Source: Xanthobacteraceae bacterium (GTDB lineage Bacteria > Pseudomonadota > Alphaproteobacteria > Rhizobiales > Xanthobacteraceae). From it: a stretch of DNA of 64,000 nt. Below the pieces are notes generated by a model. The model was not told the DNA's origin, ran no database searches, and saw only the letters and a list, made by a program, of their open reading frames with translations. Each line of letters opens with the position of its first letter. Within the stretch, counting starts at the first letter, position 1. This document shows, piece by piece, positions 20,058-32,501 of this stretch. A program made the position numbers and the translations under genes. Location of the stretch: NCBI GenBank assembly GCA_036406655.1, contig DASXAP010000165.1, positions 1,365 through 65,364 on the forward strand, written 5' to 3'.

Positions 20058-21797
20058 TCAGTTCGCCTGCCGGCGGAGAAAAGCGGGGATATCGAGTTGA
20101 TCCTCCTCCACAGAGTTATGCACAGGAGCCTGCCGTCCGTGCGGGTCGAGCGCCTGGTGGGCCGGCCGCTTGGCGTATTCCGATACCGGATCAGGGCCGC
20201 GCGGCGAGGTCGGCGGAGCCGACCGCGGCGTGGGGGCGGCACGTTCCGCGGGTCGCGGCGGGGGCCGAACCGGCCGGACATTTGCAGACAGCGCCTCCGG
20301 ATCGTCCTCCTCGCGGCGTCCAAGGCCAACCGCGGCAAGTCGCCGGAGCAGGCCCATCTTCCGCTTTTCCGGATGCTCGGCGTCCGGCTCCTCGCCCCGC
20401 TGTGCGCGCAGCTCGGCCTGCGCCGGGCGAGGCAGCTCGTCCATTCGCGGCATGCGCGGCGGCCGGCCGCCCGTGCGCTCGGGCGCAGGAGGGATGAAGG
20501 CGCGGGGGACCGGTACGTGCTCCGATGCCGGTGCGACCTGCTCGGGAAAGAGCGAGGGCTTCGGCGGGATCGGCCGGATGGTGACATCCTCGACCATGGG
20601 CAGCACCGCCGCCGCCACCGCGGCTTTGGCCGCGTTCTCGATAGCCTCGGGCATCGACTGTGGCGGAATCGGCGGGGCCACCGGCGTTGCGAGCGGAGCC
20701 GGGCGCGGCTCGCTGCGTTCCGGCCGCTCGCCGGTGCCCCGCTGCTGCTCCCCGCGTGCCTGATCGGCGCGCAGCTTCTGCGTCAGCTCGGCAATCCGCG
20801 ACTCCGGCGCCGACATGGGCCGCGACAATGCAGCCTGATCGATGCCGGTCGCAACCACCGAGACCCGGATGATGCCTTCGAGACTCTCGTCGAAGGTCGC
20901 GCCGACGATGATATTGGCCTCCTGGTCGACCTCCTCGCGGATGCGCGTGGCAGCTTCGTCGACCTCGTAGAGGGTGAGGTCCTTGCCCCCGGTGATCGAG
21001 ATCAGGAGGCCCTTGGCACCCTTCATCGAGGCATCGTCGATCAGCGGGTTGGAGATCGCCGCCTCGGCCGCGGACAGGGCCCGTTTCTCGCCCGAGGCCT
21101 CGCCGGTGCCCATCATCGCCTTGCCCATCTCGCGCATCACCGCCCGCACGTCGGCGAAGTCGAGATTGATCAGCCCCTCCTTGACCATGAGGTCGGTGAT
21201 GCACGCCACGCCCGAATAGAGCACCTGGTCGGCCATCGCGAAGGCATCGGCAAAGGTCGTCTTCTCATTGGCGACCCGAAACAGATTCTGGTTGGGAATG
21301 ATGAGCAGGGTGTCCACGACCTTATGCAGCTCGCTGATCCCCGCTTCGGCGACGCGCATCCGCCGCACGCCCTCGAAATGGAACGGCTTGGTGACCACCC
21401 CGACCGTGAGGATACCCACCTCCTTCGCGCAGCGCGCCACGACCGGCGCAGCGCCGGTGCCGGTGCCGCCGCCCATGCCGGCGGTCACGAACACCATGTG
21501 CGCGCCCTGGAGATGATCCCGAATCTCGTCGATCACCTCCTCGGCAGCGGCCCGCCCGACCTCCGGCTGGGAGCCCGCGCCGAGGCCTTCGGTGACCTGC
21601 ACGCCCATCTGGATGATGCGCTCGGCCTTCGACATCGTCAGCGCCTGGGCGTCGGTATTGGCGACGACGAAATCGACGCCCTGCAGCCCGCTCGCGATCA
21701 TGTTGTTGACGGCGTTGCCGCCGGCGCCGCCCGTCCCGAACACGGTGATCCGCGGCTTCAGCTCGCGAATGTCGGGGATCTTCAGATTGATGCTCAT
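20058..21797 (-). CDS. ftsZ: Cell division GTPase FtsZ, with the long Pro/Arg-rich C-terminal linker typical of alphaproteobacteria
   Basis: [18 protein letters not shown] and [11 protein letters not shown] tubulin signature, with a C-terminal conserved peptide [14 protein letters not shown]. Start at ATG 21797 (MSINLKIP). Confidence 0.97.
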   Translation of the reverse strand: MSINLKIPDIRELKPRITVFGTGGAGGNAVNNMIASGLQGVDFVVANTDAQALTMSKAERIIQMGVQVTEGLGAGSQPEVGRAAAEEVIDEIRDHLQGAHMVFVTAGMGGGTGTGAAPVVARCAKEVGILTVGVVTKPFHFEGVRRMRVAEAGISELHKVVDTLLIIPNQNLFRVANEKTTFADAFAMADQVLYSGVACITDLMVKEGLINLDFADVRAVMREMGKAMMGTGEASGEKRALSAAEAAISNPLIDDASMKGAKGLLISITGGKDLTLYEVDEAATRIREEVDQEANIIVGATFDESLEGIIRVSVVATGIDQAALSRPMSAPESRIAELTQKLRADQARGEQQRGTGERPERSEPRPAPLATPVAPPIPPQSMPEAIENAAKAAVAAAVLPMVEDVTIRPIPPKPSLFPEQVAPASEHVPVPRAFIPPAPERTGGRPPRMPRMDELPRPAQAELRAQRGEEPDAEHPEKRKMGLLRRLAAVGLGRREEDDPEALSANVRPVRPPPRPAERAAPTPRSAPPTSPRGPDPVSEYAKRPAHQALDPHGRQAPVHNSVEEDQLDIPAFLRRQAN

Positions 21798-21876
21798 GTT
21801 TGCCTCTTCATACGCGGAAGTCACCGCCGGGTCCGGCCGGTCCGCCACCCGGCCGATGGACTGTCATGACGAGTCG

Positions 21877-23196
21877 TCAAAAGCTCTCGCGTAGCCATCG
21901 TCCGACCCGCGCGATATAGCCGCCGCCTGTCGTGGTGTGCCGCGTTCGCCGCGGTTCGAAATGCTCGAGATGCGCCGCCTGCGGATAGACCAGCAGTCCC
22001 GTCGCCACGGCGAAAGCCGGCCCCTTCGCTTCGTCCGGCAGCCCGGAAATGGCCAGCGGCCGGCCGATGCGCACCGGCCGGCCCAAGATTTGCGCGGCCA
22101 AGCCGGAGAGTCCCGTCAGCTGGCAGGCGCCGCCGGTCAGCACTACCCGCCCGCGCGGCTCGGTCGCGAAGGGCGAGGCTGCGAGCCGGTCGCGCACCAT
22201 CTCCAGAATCTCCTCGACCCGCGGCCTGATGATGCGGACGAGGTTGGCGCGGGAGACGAACTGCGGCGCCTCGCGCTCGTCGTTGTCGAACGACGGTACC
22301 GCTATCATGTCACGCTCGTCGGAAGCGCCGGCCAGCACGCTGCCATGGAGGGTCTTGATGCGCTCGGCGTCGGCCAGACGGGCATTGAGACCGCGCGCGA
22401 GATCCATCGTGACGTGCCCCCCGCCGAGCGCAAAACCGTCGGCATGCACGAAACCGCCGCCGGCGAAGACCCCGATCGTGGTGGTGCCTGCGCCCATGTC
22501 GACCACTGCGGCCCCGAGCTCGGCTTCGTCGTCGACGAGGGTGGAGAGCCCGGCCATGTACGGGCTCGTCACCATCGTCTCGACCTTCAGATGACAGCGC
22601 TCGATCGCCAGCATAAGATTGCGCGCGACCGAAATGTCGGTGGTGACGACGTGCATGTCGATGCCGAAGCGGCGGCCCAGCATTCCACGCGGATCGCGCA
22701 CGCCGGTCGCGCCGTCGATCACGAAGCCGACCGGCAGCGAATGCAGCACGGCGCGACCCTCGCGCGCGGAGTGGCGGCTGCCGGCCGCCAGCACGCGGGC
22801 GATGTCGCGCTCGCCGATTGCCGAGCCCGCGACCTCCACCGACGCGGAGATGTGCTCGCTCGCGGGGCGGCCGGCAGACACCGCTACCAGCACCGCGTCG
22901 AGCTGGAGCCTGGCGGATCGCTCCGCGAGGTCGAGGCACTGCCGCAGCGCGGCCTCGGCCCCGGCGAGGTCCACCACGGCCCCGGCTTTCATGCCGCGGG
23001 CGAACGTGTGGCCGAATCCGATCAGCTCGATGGAATGGCTGCGCCGGCGCGGGGCGTCCTGCGACGGCCGCGGCTTGAGGCGGCCGATCAGGCAGGCGAG
23101 CTTGCCGGTTCCCACATCCAGCACGGCGACCAGCATCGACCGGTTATGCGCCAGCGGCTTCATCTTGGGGGTGAGGCCGAACGGAAGGACGGTCAT
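21877..23196 (-). CDS. ftsA: Cell division protein FtsA
   Basis: LVAVLDVGTGKLACLIG, ..AVVDMGAGTTTIGVF.. and the actin-fold phosphate motifs. ATG 23196 overlaps the ftsQ stop (ATGA). The upstream 171 codons of ORF 21877..23709 were rejected. Confidence 0.95.
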   Translation of the reverse strand: MTVLPFGLTPKMKPLAHNRSMLVAVLDVGTGKLACLIGRLKPRPSQDAPRRRSHSIELIGFGHTFARGMKAGAVVDLAGAEAALRQCLDLAERSARLQLDAVLVAVSAGRPASEHISASVEVAGSAIGERDIARVLAAGSRHSAREGRAVLHSLPVGFVIDGATGVRDPRGMLGRRFGIDMHVVTTDISVARNLMLAIERCHLKVETMVTSPYMAGLSTLVDDEAELGAAVVDMGAGTTTIGVFAGGGFVHADGFALGGGHVTMDLARGLNARLADAERIKTLHGSVLAGASDERDMIAVPSFDNDEREAPQFVSRANLVRIIRPRVEEILEMVRDRLAASPFATEPRGRVVLTGGACQLTGLSGLAAQILGRPVRIGRPLAISGLPDEAKGPAFAVATGLLVYPQAAHLEHFEPRRTRHTTTGGGYIARVGRWLRESF

Positions 23197-24158
23197 GCGT
23201 TGCCACCCTTCTTTCTCGGCTTGTCCTTGAGCAGCTCGATGCGCGCCTGCGCGGCCGCCTCGGAAAGCCGCACCGTCACCTGATCGGGCAGCCGCAGATC
23301 GATGCTGGCAATGTCCCGGCTGAGCAGGCGCTTCTCGTGATCGACACGGACCAGCGTCTCGAGCGCCGGCGCAACTCCGTGCTCCGGCAGCTCGACATCG
23401 ATCCCGTTCTTGAGCCGCAGGTTCCAGCGCCGTTCTCCGACCAGCACCGAAGCGCGGACGAAGCCGCGCAGGGCGGGATGGCGATCCAGCAAGGCGAGAA
23501 ATTCCTTGGCTCGGCCTTGCGCGCCGGCGCCGACGACGAGCGGCAACTCGATCAGAGCGGGCGCCACATAGGGCTCGAGCACGGTGCCGTCGTCGGCAAT
23601 GACCGAGAGGCGGCGGTCCTTTTGCCATAACGCGAAAGCCACACGCTCGCGGATCGCGATCTGCAGCTCTCCGGGATAGAGCTTGAGCACGGCGGCATCG
23701 GCGATCCACGGATTGGCGCGCAGCCGCTCGCGTACCCGCTCGACGTCAAGAAACAGAAGCGAGCTGGTGCCGGTGATGCCGGCGCCGGCGAGGACCTCCT
23801 CGCGAGTGACATGCCGGTTGCCGGCAAGCGAGATCGAGACGATGCGGAAGCCGGCGGCATTGCCGAGCTGGTCGAGAGTCTCGGTGACGGCTCCGACAAG
23901 GATCGGAACATGCCCGCCCTTGATAGCGCCGTAGCCGACGCTCGCCAGCATCAGTGCCGCCGTGGCGGCGACGCCGATCCTGCGCGGCAGCCAGACAGCG
24001 AGCCGAGGGGACCAGCGGTCCAGCAGACGCGCCAGGCACAGCGCGCGCTGGATGGCGGCGTGCGCGGCGCGCGCAAAGCCCGAGCCGGCCGAGCTTCCGC
24101 CGAGCCGCCGGCGCGCGGTCCCCTTCACCGATTGAGCGAGGCGTCCTCGATCATCCAT
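23193..24158 (-). CDS. ftsQ: Cell division protein FtsQ
   Basis: Basic N-terminus, a single TM (VAATAALMLASVGYGAI), POTRA-like NRHVTREEVLAGAG, and position between ddl and ftsA. The start is uncertain; as drawn it overlaps the ddl 3' end by 34 nt. Confidence 0.85.
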   Translation of the reverse strand: MDDRGRLAQSVKGTARRRLGGSSAGSGFARAAHAAIQRALCLARLLDRWSPRLAVWLPRRIGVAATAALMLASVGYGAIKGGHVPILVGAVTETLDQLGNAAGFRIVSISLAGNRHVTREEVLAGAGITGTSSLLFLDVERVRERLRANPWIADAAVLKLYPGELQIAIRERVAFALWQKDRRLSVIADDGTVLEPYVAPALIELPLVVGAGAQGRAKEFLALLDRHPALRGFVRASVLVGERRWNLRLKNGIDVELPEHGVAPALETLVRVDHEKRLLSRDIASIDLRLPDQVTVRLSEAAAQARIELLKDKPRKKGGNA

Positions 24159-25045
24159 CGCACCAGCTCATCGAACGTGATGCCCGCGTGCGCCGCAAGC
24201 TCGGGCACGAGCGACGTTTCGGTCATGCCGGGTTGGGTGTTGACCTCGAGACAGACAAGTCCCCCCGCCCCTTCGATGCGATCGTCGTAACGGAAATCCG
24301 CACGGCTCACGCCTCGGCAACCCAGCGCGCGATGCGCCGCCAAGGCTAGTCTTCGGACCTCTTGGTAAACAAATGATGAAATCTCCGCCGGCAGAAGATG
24401 CTTCGAGCCGCCCGGGGCGTATTTGGCTTCGTAATCGTAAAATCTTACCGCCGGCACGATCTCGATGACGCCAAGCGCCTCCTCGCCCATGATTGTGCAG
24501 GTCAACTCCTTGCCGGCGATATATTTTTCCACCATAACCCGTTCCCCATAGGGCCAATCCTCGCGCGTGAGCTCCTGGGGAGGATGGGCGTGATCCGCGG
24601 CCACCATGAAAACGCCGACGCTGGACCCTTCGGCGATCGGCTTGACCACATAGGGCGGCGGCAGCACGTGGCCTGCCGCAACCTTGAAGCGCGATTCCAA
24701 CACTCCTTCCGCCACCGGCACGGCGGCGGCACGGAATACGATCTTGGCGAGGTCCTTCTGCATCGCCAGGGCGGAAGCCAGCACGCCGGAATGGCTGTAG
24801 GGAATGGCGAGGATTTCCAGTATGCCCTGGAGCGTGCCGTCCTCGCCCGGCCGCCCATGCAGGACGTTGAGGGCGACATCGGGCCTCACAGTCGTGAGCA
24901 CCGAGGCGATGTCGCGCCCGACGTCGATGCGGGTGACCCGATAACCGAGCCTCTCGAGCGCCTCTGCGCAGGCTTTCCCCGAGCGCAGCGAGACCGCGCG
25001 CTCGGCCGACCAGCCCCCCATAAGAACCGCGACATGCTTGCTCAT
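24125..25045 (-). CDS. ddl: D-alanine--D-alanine ligase
   Basis: MSKHVAVLMGGWSAEREVSLRSG-type N-terminus (here ...AERAVSLRSG), an ATP-grasp core and the C-terminal EVNTQPGMTETSLVPE motif. Start trimmed to ATG 25045. Confidence 0.95.
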   Translation of the reverse strand: MSKHVAVLMGGWSAERAVSLRSGKACAEALERLGYRVTRIDVGRDIASVLTTVRPDVALNVLHGRPGEDGTLQGILEILAIPYSHSGVLASALAMQKDLAKIVFRAAAVPVAEGVLESRFKVAAGHVLPPPYVVKPIAEGSSVGVFMVAADHAHPPQELTREDWPYGERVMVEKYIAGKELTCTIMGEEALGVIEIVPAVRFYDYEAKYAPGGSKHLLPAEISSFVYQEVRRLALAAHRALGCRGVSRADFRYDDRIEGAGGLVCLEVNTQPGMTETSLVPELAAHAGITFDELVRWMIEDASLNR

Positions 25046-25163
25046 GCTGTCCAGGCCGAAAGGCTGATTCGCTTGTGCCAAATAGAATCGAGAACGGCCG
25101 CGCCGTCGAGAGTCAGGCTCGCATTTTCTACGCTCCGAGACGGAGCGGTCAGCGCGGGAAAGC

Positions 25164-26167
25164 TCAGCCTGCGGCTTCGGGCGCAGGTGAGCACGCCCTC
25201 CCAAGATCGAGCGGGGCAGCAACCCCGATCCGCTTGATCTCCCATTCCAGCTCGAGCCCGCACTTCTCCCGGACGCGGCGCCGCACCCTCTCACCCAACT
25301 GCTCGATCTCCGCAGCAGTGGCGTTGCCGAGATTGATCAGGAAGTTGCAGTGCATCTCCGAGACCTGCGCGTCGCCCAGTCGCAACCCGCGACACCCCGC
25401 GGCGTCGATCAGCTGCCAGGCCTTGCGCCCGGGCGGGTTCTTGAATGTCGAGCCCCCGGTCCTGCTCTTGATCGGCTGGGTTGCCTCGCGTGATTCCGTG
25501 ATCTTCTCCATCTCGGCGGCGATGCCGGCGGGATCGCCGGGCGAACCTTGAAACAGCGCCTCGGTGAAGATGATGTCTTCGCTCAGGCCGCAGTGGCGGT
25601 AGCTGTAGCCCATGTCGGGAAGGGCGAAGACGCGCGGGCGGCCCTGCCGATCGACCCCGCGCGCCTCCACCAGGACATCCTTGGTCTCGCGGCCATAGGC
25701 ACCGCCGTTCATCCGCAAGGCTCCTCCGACTGCACCGGGGATGCCACGGAAGAAGGCCAGCCCCGCGATCGCCGCCTCCTGCGCGGCGCGACTGACCTTC
25801 ACGTCGGGGACGGCGCAGCCGGCGCGAATGCGCCAGCCGTCCTCGACCTTGATCTCGGCGAAGCCGCGGCCGAGCCGGACGACCACACCCGGGACGCCGC
25901 CGTCGCGCACAATCAGGTTCGAGCCGAGCCCGATGACGGTGACCGGAATGCGGTCCGGCAAGTGCGCAAGGAAATAACCGAGGTCGTCCGCGTCCTCGGG
26001 CACGAGCAGGATCTGCGCCGCCCCGCCGACGCGGAACCATGTGAGGTCGGCGAGCGATTGATTGGCCAACAGCCGGCCGCGCAGGTTCGGCATGCGGCGC
26101 TTGAGATCGGGGCTGAGGTCGGGAAACGGCGTCATCGATGCAAATGCGCGCAGGCAAAGCAGATCCA

Positions 26168-26171
<4 letters not shown>
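25164..26171 (-). CDS. murB: UDP-N-acetylenolpyruvoylglucosamine reductase
   Basis: [33 protein letters not shown] motifs. ATG 26171 overlaps the murC stop (ATGA). An alternative ATG at 26135 is also possible. Confidence 0.9.
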
Positions 26172-27576
<1,405 letters not shown>

Positions 27577-27580
<4 letters not shown>

Positions 27581-28689
27581 CGACGCCCCCCGGACATCGT
27601 TTTCAGGACCAAGTCGGCGAGCCGCTCGGCGCCGTCGGTGACACCCTGCGAGCGGGCAGCGGCGGCCATTGCCGCGAGCTTCTGCGGGGCGCCGGCAAGC
27701 TCGCCGATCTCCGCCGCCAGGCGAGCCGGCGTGAAGTCGACCTGCTGCAGGCGCATCGCACCGCCGGCCCGCTCGAGAACGGCAGCATTCGCGGACTGGT
27801 CCTGATCGAGCGCATGCGGCAATGGCACGAGTATGGCGGGCCGTCCGATGGCCGCAAGCTCGGCGGCGGTCGAAGCACCCGAGCGGCAGACGACGAGGTG
27901 CGCGGCAGCGATGCGAGCCGGCAGATCGCCGAAGAACGGCTCGATCTCGGCCGCGATCCGCGCCCGACGATAGGTTTCCGCGACGCGCGCGACATCCTCC
28001 GGGCGGGCCTGCTGCACGACCGAGAGGCGTCCCTGCAAAGCGGGGTCGAGCCGCCCGAGCGCGGCCGGCACCACCTCGGCCATGATCCGCGCGCCCTGGC
28101 TCCCGCCGTACACGAGCAGGCGCAGCTGCCCATTCATATCGGGCGGGACGTAGGGCCTGGCCGCGGCTGCGATCACCGCCGGGCGCACCGGATTGCCGGT
28201 GCGGGTGGCCTTGCGAGCCAACGACGGCCGGCCCTCGAGCACGCCGCCGAGGCTGACGGCGATTGCGTCGGCAAGCGGCGCCAGCAATCGATTGCCGCGA
28301 CCCATCACTGCGTTCTGCTCGTGGATCACGACGGGGATCCCGCGCAGCCTTGCCGCAAGCAACGGCGGGAGAGTGGGATAGCCGCCGAAGCCGACCACGG
28401 CGCTTGGCCGCAGCCGACCGAAGAGACGCCAGGACTGCACGGTGCCCCTCGCGAGGTTTGCCGCGGTTCGCGCGACAGACAAAGGATTGAGGCTGCGTAT
28501 GGTCGCACTGGCGACGATGTGAGTCGCACGAGCGGGAAATCGGCCGTAGGATTCGGCGCGGGCATCGGTCGCGAGCTCGACGACGATGCCGCGCCGGCCC
28601 AGCATCTCCGCCAGCGCCTGTGCCGGGAACAGATGCCCGCCGGTTCCGCCCGCCGCCAGGACGACGAGCGGCGCCCCGCCCGCCTGCAT
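27577..28689 (-). CDS. murG: Undecaprenyldiphospho-muramoylpentapeptide beta-N-acetylglucosaminyltransferase
   Basis: [18 protein letters not shown]-loop, ..[21 protein letters not shown]... Start ATG 28689 overlaps the ftsW stop by 1 nt (TGATG). Confidence 0.95.
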
Positions 28690-29843
28690 CAGGCAGCGCT
28701 CCGGCCACCCGCGAGAATGGCCTCTTGGGTGAGCAGCGCGGCGCGCGGCTGTTCACGCCCGAGAGCAAGCAGCATGCCCATGCCGTAGGCGAGAGAGATC
28801 ATCGATGAGCCGCCATAGGAGATGAACGGCAGCGTCATGCCCTTCGCCGGCATGAGATGCAAGTTCACCGCCATGTTGATGGCCGATTGCAGCCCGAACA
28901 GGATCGCCAGTCCCGAGACCGCGAAACGGGCAAAGTGATCCTCGGTGCGGATCGCATTGCGCAGAGCGCGCATGACGATGAAAGCGAACAGCGCAACGAG
29001 CAGCAGGCACAGCACGATCCCGAATTCCTCGGCTGCGACCGCGAACACGAAATCGGTGTGGCTCTCCGGCAGGATACGCTTGACCCTCCCCTCGCCGGGA
29101 CCCTGACCGAACCAGCCGCCGCGCTGGAACGACTCGAGCGCCTGGTCGATGTTGAAAGTGTCGCCCGAGGAAGGATCACGGAACCGCTCGATCCGGCGCG
29201 CCACGTGCGGGATGAAAGCATAGGCGCTGGCAAGCCCGAGCGCTGCCGCCCCGGCGAGGCCGCCGACCCACAGGAGTCGCATGCCCGCCAGGAAGAACAA
29301 GGCGCTCCACACGAGCGCCAGGAGCATCGTCTGCCCGAAGTCGGGCTGCAGCACGAGCCCGGTCACCGTGATCGCGAGCAGGGCCAGAGCCACGCTGTTG
29401 GCCGGCATTTCCGGGCGGCGCTCGGTCTCGGCGAAGAGCCAGGCGATCAGGATCACGAAAGCGGGCTTGAGGAACTCCGAGGGCTGAACGTTGATGCCGA
29501 GGAGGACGATCCACCGCCGCGCGCCCTTCACCTCGGCGCCGTAGTGGAGCGTCGCGGCGACCAGCACCAGGCTCAGCACGAAGACGACCAGTGCGACCCG
29601 GCGGATGTGCCGCGGCGGCAGGAACGAGGTGGCCAGCAGGACCACGAGCGCCGGCAGCAGATAGAGCACATGGCGGCTGACGAAGTAGAACGGATCGAGG
29701 CCGAGCCGGGCGGCGACCGGCGGGCTGGCCGCGAGCGACAGCACGATGCCGCCCAGCATCAGCGCCAGCAGTGCCCCGAGCAGCGGGCGGTCCACCGTCC
29801 ACCACCACGCGGCAAAGGCCGTGCGTTCCAGCCGCGACACCAT
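28689..29843 (-). CDS. ftsW: Peptidoglycan glycosyltransferase FtsW (SEDS family)
   Basis: 10-TM SEDS protein with ...[20 protein letters not shown].. and [13 protein letters not shown].. motifs. ATG 29843 is preferred (GGAGGGGAG upstream); an alternative ATG is at 29855. Confidence 0.93.
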   Translation of the reverse strand: MVSRLERTAFAAWWWTVDRPLLGALLALMLGGIVLSLAASPPVAARLGLDPFYFVSRHVLYLLPALVVLLATSFLPPRHIRRVALVVFVLSLVLVAATLHYGAEVKGARRWIVLLGINVQPSEFLKPAFVILIAWLFAETERRPEMPANSVALALLAITVTGLVLQPDFGQTMLLALVWSALFFLAGMRLLWVGGLAGAAALGLASAYAFIPHVARRIERFRDPSSGDTFNIDQALESFQRGGWFGQGPGEGRVKRILPESHTDFVFAVAAEEFGIVLCLLLVALFAFIVMRALRNAIRTEDHFARFAVSGLAILFGLQSAINMAVNLHLMPAKGMTLPFISYGGSSMISLAYGMGMLLALGREQPRAALLTQEAILAGGRSAA

Positions 29844-29947
29844 GCTCCCCTCCATCAGACGGGCGCTCGTCCCCTCCCATTCCTGCCTCCGCTATCGTTT
29901 CCAGCAGATTAAGATCGAGCCGTGGGAGGCCGGTCCCGTGGCGGGCG

Positions 29948-31360
29948 TCAGCCTCGTGCTGGTGCAAGCAGCTCGATGCCGGGAAGCTGTCCGACCCGTC
30001 GGCGGAAAGCATCGCCGCGGACCTCGAAATTGCGGAACTGGTCGAACGAGGCGCAGGCCGGCGACAGCAGCACGATCGGCTCGGCGAGGTCGGAGGCAGC
30101 GGCATCGCGGGCGGCGAGCTCGACGGCACGATCGAGGGTACCGGCAATGACATGGGGCGCCTGCCCCTCCAGCTCGGCGGCAAAGCCGGCTGCCGCCTCG
30201 CCGATCAGGTAGGCCTTGCGGATGCGCGGGAAAAATCGTCGGAGCGAAGCGAGGCCGCCGGTCTTGGGCTGGCCGCCGGCGATCCAGAAGATATCGGAGA
30301 AGCAGGCCAGCGCCTGGGCGGCCGAATCCGCGTTGGTCGCTTTCGAATCGTTGACGAACAGCACGGCACCCAGGCGTGCCACCTGCTCCATCCGGTGGGC
30401 GAGCCCGGGAAAGGACGCGAGCCCCCGCTGGACCTGCTCGGCGGACAGGCCGAGCGCGAGCGCGGCGCCGGCGGCACAGGCCGAATTCTGCGCGTTGTGC
30501 AGCCCGCGCAGCGAGCCGATGCCGGCGATGCGAGCGACCACGCGCGCGCCGGCAGCGCTCGCCTGCATGATCCTGTCTGCCTGCACGTAGATCCCGTCGG
30601 CAAGGGGCCGCTGGACCGAGACACGCACGATCCGCTTGCCGGCGCGCTCGATGCGATCGGCAGCGGCGGCACACCACTGATCGTCGACACCGACGACGGC
30701 AGTGCCGTTCGTCTGAACTCCGGCGACGAGGCGCTCCTTCACCGCAGCATAGCCCTGCAAGGTGCCGTGCCGGTCGAGGTGGTCCTCGCTGACATTGATG
30801 AGGACGCCGACCGAAGGATCGAGAGTAGGCGCAAGATCGATCTGATAGGACGAGACCTCGATCACGTGCACGCGGCGCGCATGCGGAGGATCGAGCGAGA
30901 GGATTGCGGTGCCGATATTGCCGCCCATCTGCGCATCGTGGCCGGCCGAGCGCAGCAAATGCGCGACGAGCGCGGTTGTCGTCGATTTGCCGTTCGTGCC
31001 GGTGATGGCAACGAACGGAGCGTCGGGGGCGCTGCGGCGGCGCTCGCGGCAAAACAGCTCGATGTCGCCGATCACCTCGACCGCCGCCGCCTGCGCCAGC
31101 CGGGCGGCCCAGTGCGGCGCCGGATGGGTGAGCGGAACCCCGGGGGCGAGCACCAGCGCGGCGACGCCCGGCCAGTCGATCTGCCGGAAGTCCGCCGTCG
31201 CGATTCCGGCCATGGCGGCCTTGGCGACAGTATCGGCGTCGTCGTCCCAGCCCACCACGTCGGCGCCACCGGCGCGCAGCGCGCTGGCGCTGGCGAGCCC
31301 GGAGCCGCCCAAGCCGAAGACGGCAACCTTCCTGCCTTTGAACGTGGTGACCGGGGTCAT
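29948..31360 (-). CDS. murD: UDP-N-acetylmuramoylalanine--D-glutamate ligase
   Basis: [29 protein letters not shown]-loop, and Mur ligase middle/C-terminal domains. Confidence 0.95.
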   Translation of the reverse strand: MTPVTTFKGRKVAVFGLGGSGLASASALRAGGADVVGWDDDADTVAKAAMAGIATADFRQIDWPGVAALVLAPGVPLTHPAPHWAARLAQAAAVEVIGDIELFCRERRRSAPDAPFVAITGTNGKSTTTALVAHLLRSAGHDAQMGGNIGTAILSLDPPHARRVHVIEVSSYQIDLAPTLDPSVGVLINVSEDHLDRHGTLQGYAAVKERLVAGVQTNGTAVVGVDDQWCAAAADRIERAGKRIVRVSVQRPLADGIYVQADRIMQASAAGARVVARIAGIGSLRGLHNAQNSACAAGAALALGLSAEQVQRGLASFPGLAHRMEQVARLGAVLFVNDSKATNADSAAQALACFSDIFWIAGGQPKTGGLASLRRFFPRIRKAYLIGEAAAGFAAELEGQAPHVIAGTLDRAVELAARDAAASDLAEPIVLLSPACASFDQFRNFEVRGDAFRRRVGQLPGIELLAPARG

Positions 31361-31412
31361 CAGTCAGGGGGAACGCCGCAGGTGCAGGAGCGGCGGCATG
31401 GGAACGCCGCGC

Positions 31413-32498
31413 TCACCGCAGCTTCAGGGTGGACAGCCCCGCCAGCGCGAGGACCACCGCGATGATCCAGAAGCGGATCACGATCTGCGGCTCCGTCCAT
31501 CCCTGCTGCTCGAAATGATGGTGCAGCGGCGCCATCCTGAACACCCGCTTGCCGGTGAGCTTGAAGGAAACCACCTGCACGATCACCGACACCGCTTCCA
31601 GAACGAACAGGCCGCCGACGATGGCGAGGACGATCTCCTGCTTGGTCGCTACCGCGACCGTGCCCAGCATGCCGCCGAGCGCAAGCGAGCCGGTGTCTCC
31701 CATGAAGATCGAAGCCGGTGGCGCATTGAACCAGAGAAAGCCTATCCCCGAGCCGATCACGGCACCGCACAAGACCGCCAGCTCGCCCGTGCCGGCCACG
31801 AAATGAAGCTGCAGATAGTCCGAGATGAAGGCGTTGCCCACCACCCAGGCAAAGACGCCGAAACAGCCGGTGGCGATGATCACCGGGACGATGGCGAGGC
31901 CGTCGAGACCGTCGGTCAGGTTGACCGCATTGCCCGCGCCCACGATCACGAAGCTGCCGAGCACGATGAAGAACCAGCCCAGCGGCAGGATCAGCTCCTT
32001 GAAGAACGGGAACGTGAGCGAGCTCGCGAACGGCGCTCGCCCGAGCAGCACGATGAAATAACAGGCCGCCGCCGCGATCAGCAGCTCCGCCGCGAAGCGG
32101 ATCTTGCCGGAGAACCCGACATGGGTCTGCTTGGTCACCTTGAGGTAGTCGTCGTAGAAGCCGATGATGCCGAACGTGAGCGTCAGCCCGAGCACGATCC
32201 AGACGTAGCGGTTGGCGAGATTGGCCCATAGCAGCGTTGCCACCACGACCCCGGACAGGATCATGATGCCGCCCATCGTCGGCGTGCCTTTCTTCGTGAC
32301 GAGGTGCGACTGCGGCCCATCGGCGCGAATCGGCTGGCCTTTGCCCTGCCTGAGCCTCAGGTGATCGATCAGCCAGGGACCGAACAGGAACACAAAGACG
32401 AGGGCCGTCATCACCGCCCCGCCGGTGCGGAAGGTGATATAGCGCAAGACGTTGAGCAGACCGATCGTGTCCGAGAATGCCGAGAGCCAGTACAGCAT
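31413..32498 (-). CDS. mraY: Phospho-N-acetylmuramoyl-pentapeptide transferase
   Basis: [10 protein letters not shown]...[14 protein letters not shown]...KGTPTMGG...[13 protein letters not shown]...HHHFE are textbook MraY motifs. Confidence 0.97.
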   Translation of the reverse strand: MLYWLSAFSDTIGLLNVLRYITFRTGGAVMTALVFVFLFGPWLIDHLRLRQGKGQPIRADGPQSHLVTKKGTPTMGGIMILSGVVVATLLWANLANRYVWIVLGLTLTFGIIGFYDDYLKVTKQTHVGFSGKIRFAAELLIAAAACYFIVLLGRAPFASSLTFPFFKELILPLGWFFIVLGSFVIVGAGNAVNLTDGLDGLAIVPVIIATGCFGVFAWVVGNAFISDYLQLHFVAGTGELAVLCGAVIGSGIGFLWFNAPPASIFMGDTGSLALGGMLGTVAVATKQEIVLAIVGGLFVLEAVSVIVQVVSFKLTGKRVFRMAPLHHHFEQQGWTEPQIVIRFWIIAVVLALAGLSTLKLR

Positions 32499-32501
32499 CG
32501 T

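Noticed and set aside
20058-20900. Long Pro/Arg/Ala-rich region in the C-terminal third of FtsZ
   Set aside because: An extended disordered linker before the conserved C-terminal peptide is normal for alphaproteobacterial FtsZ. It is neither an insertion nor a fusion.
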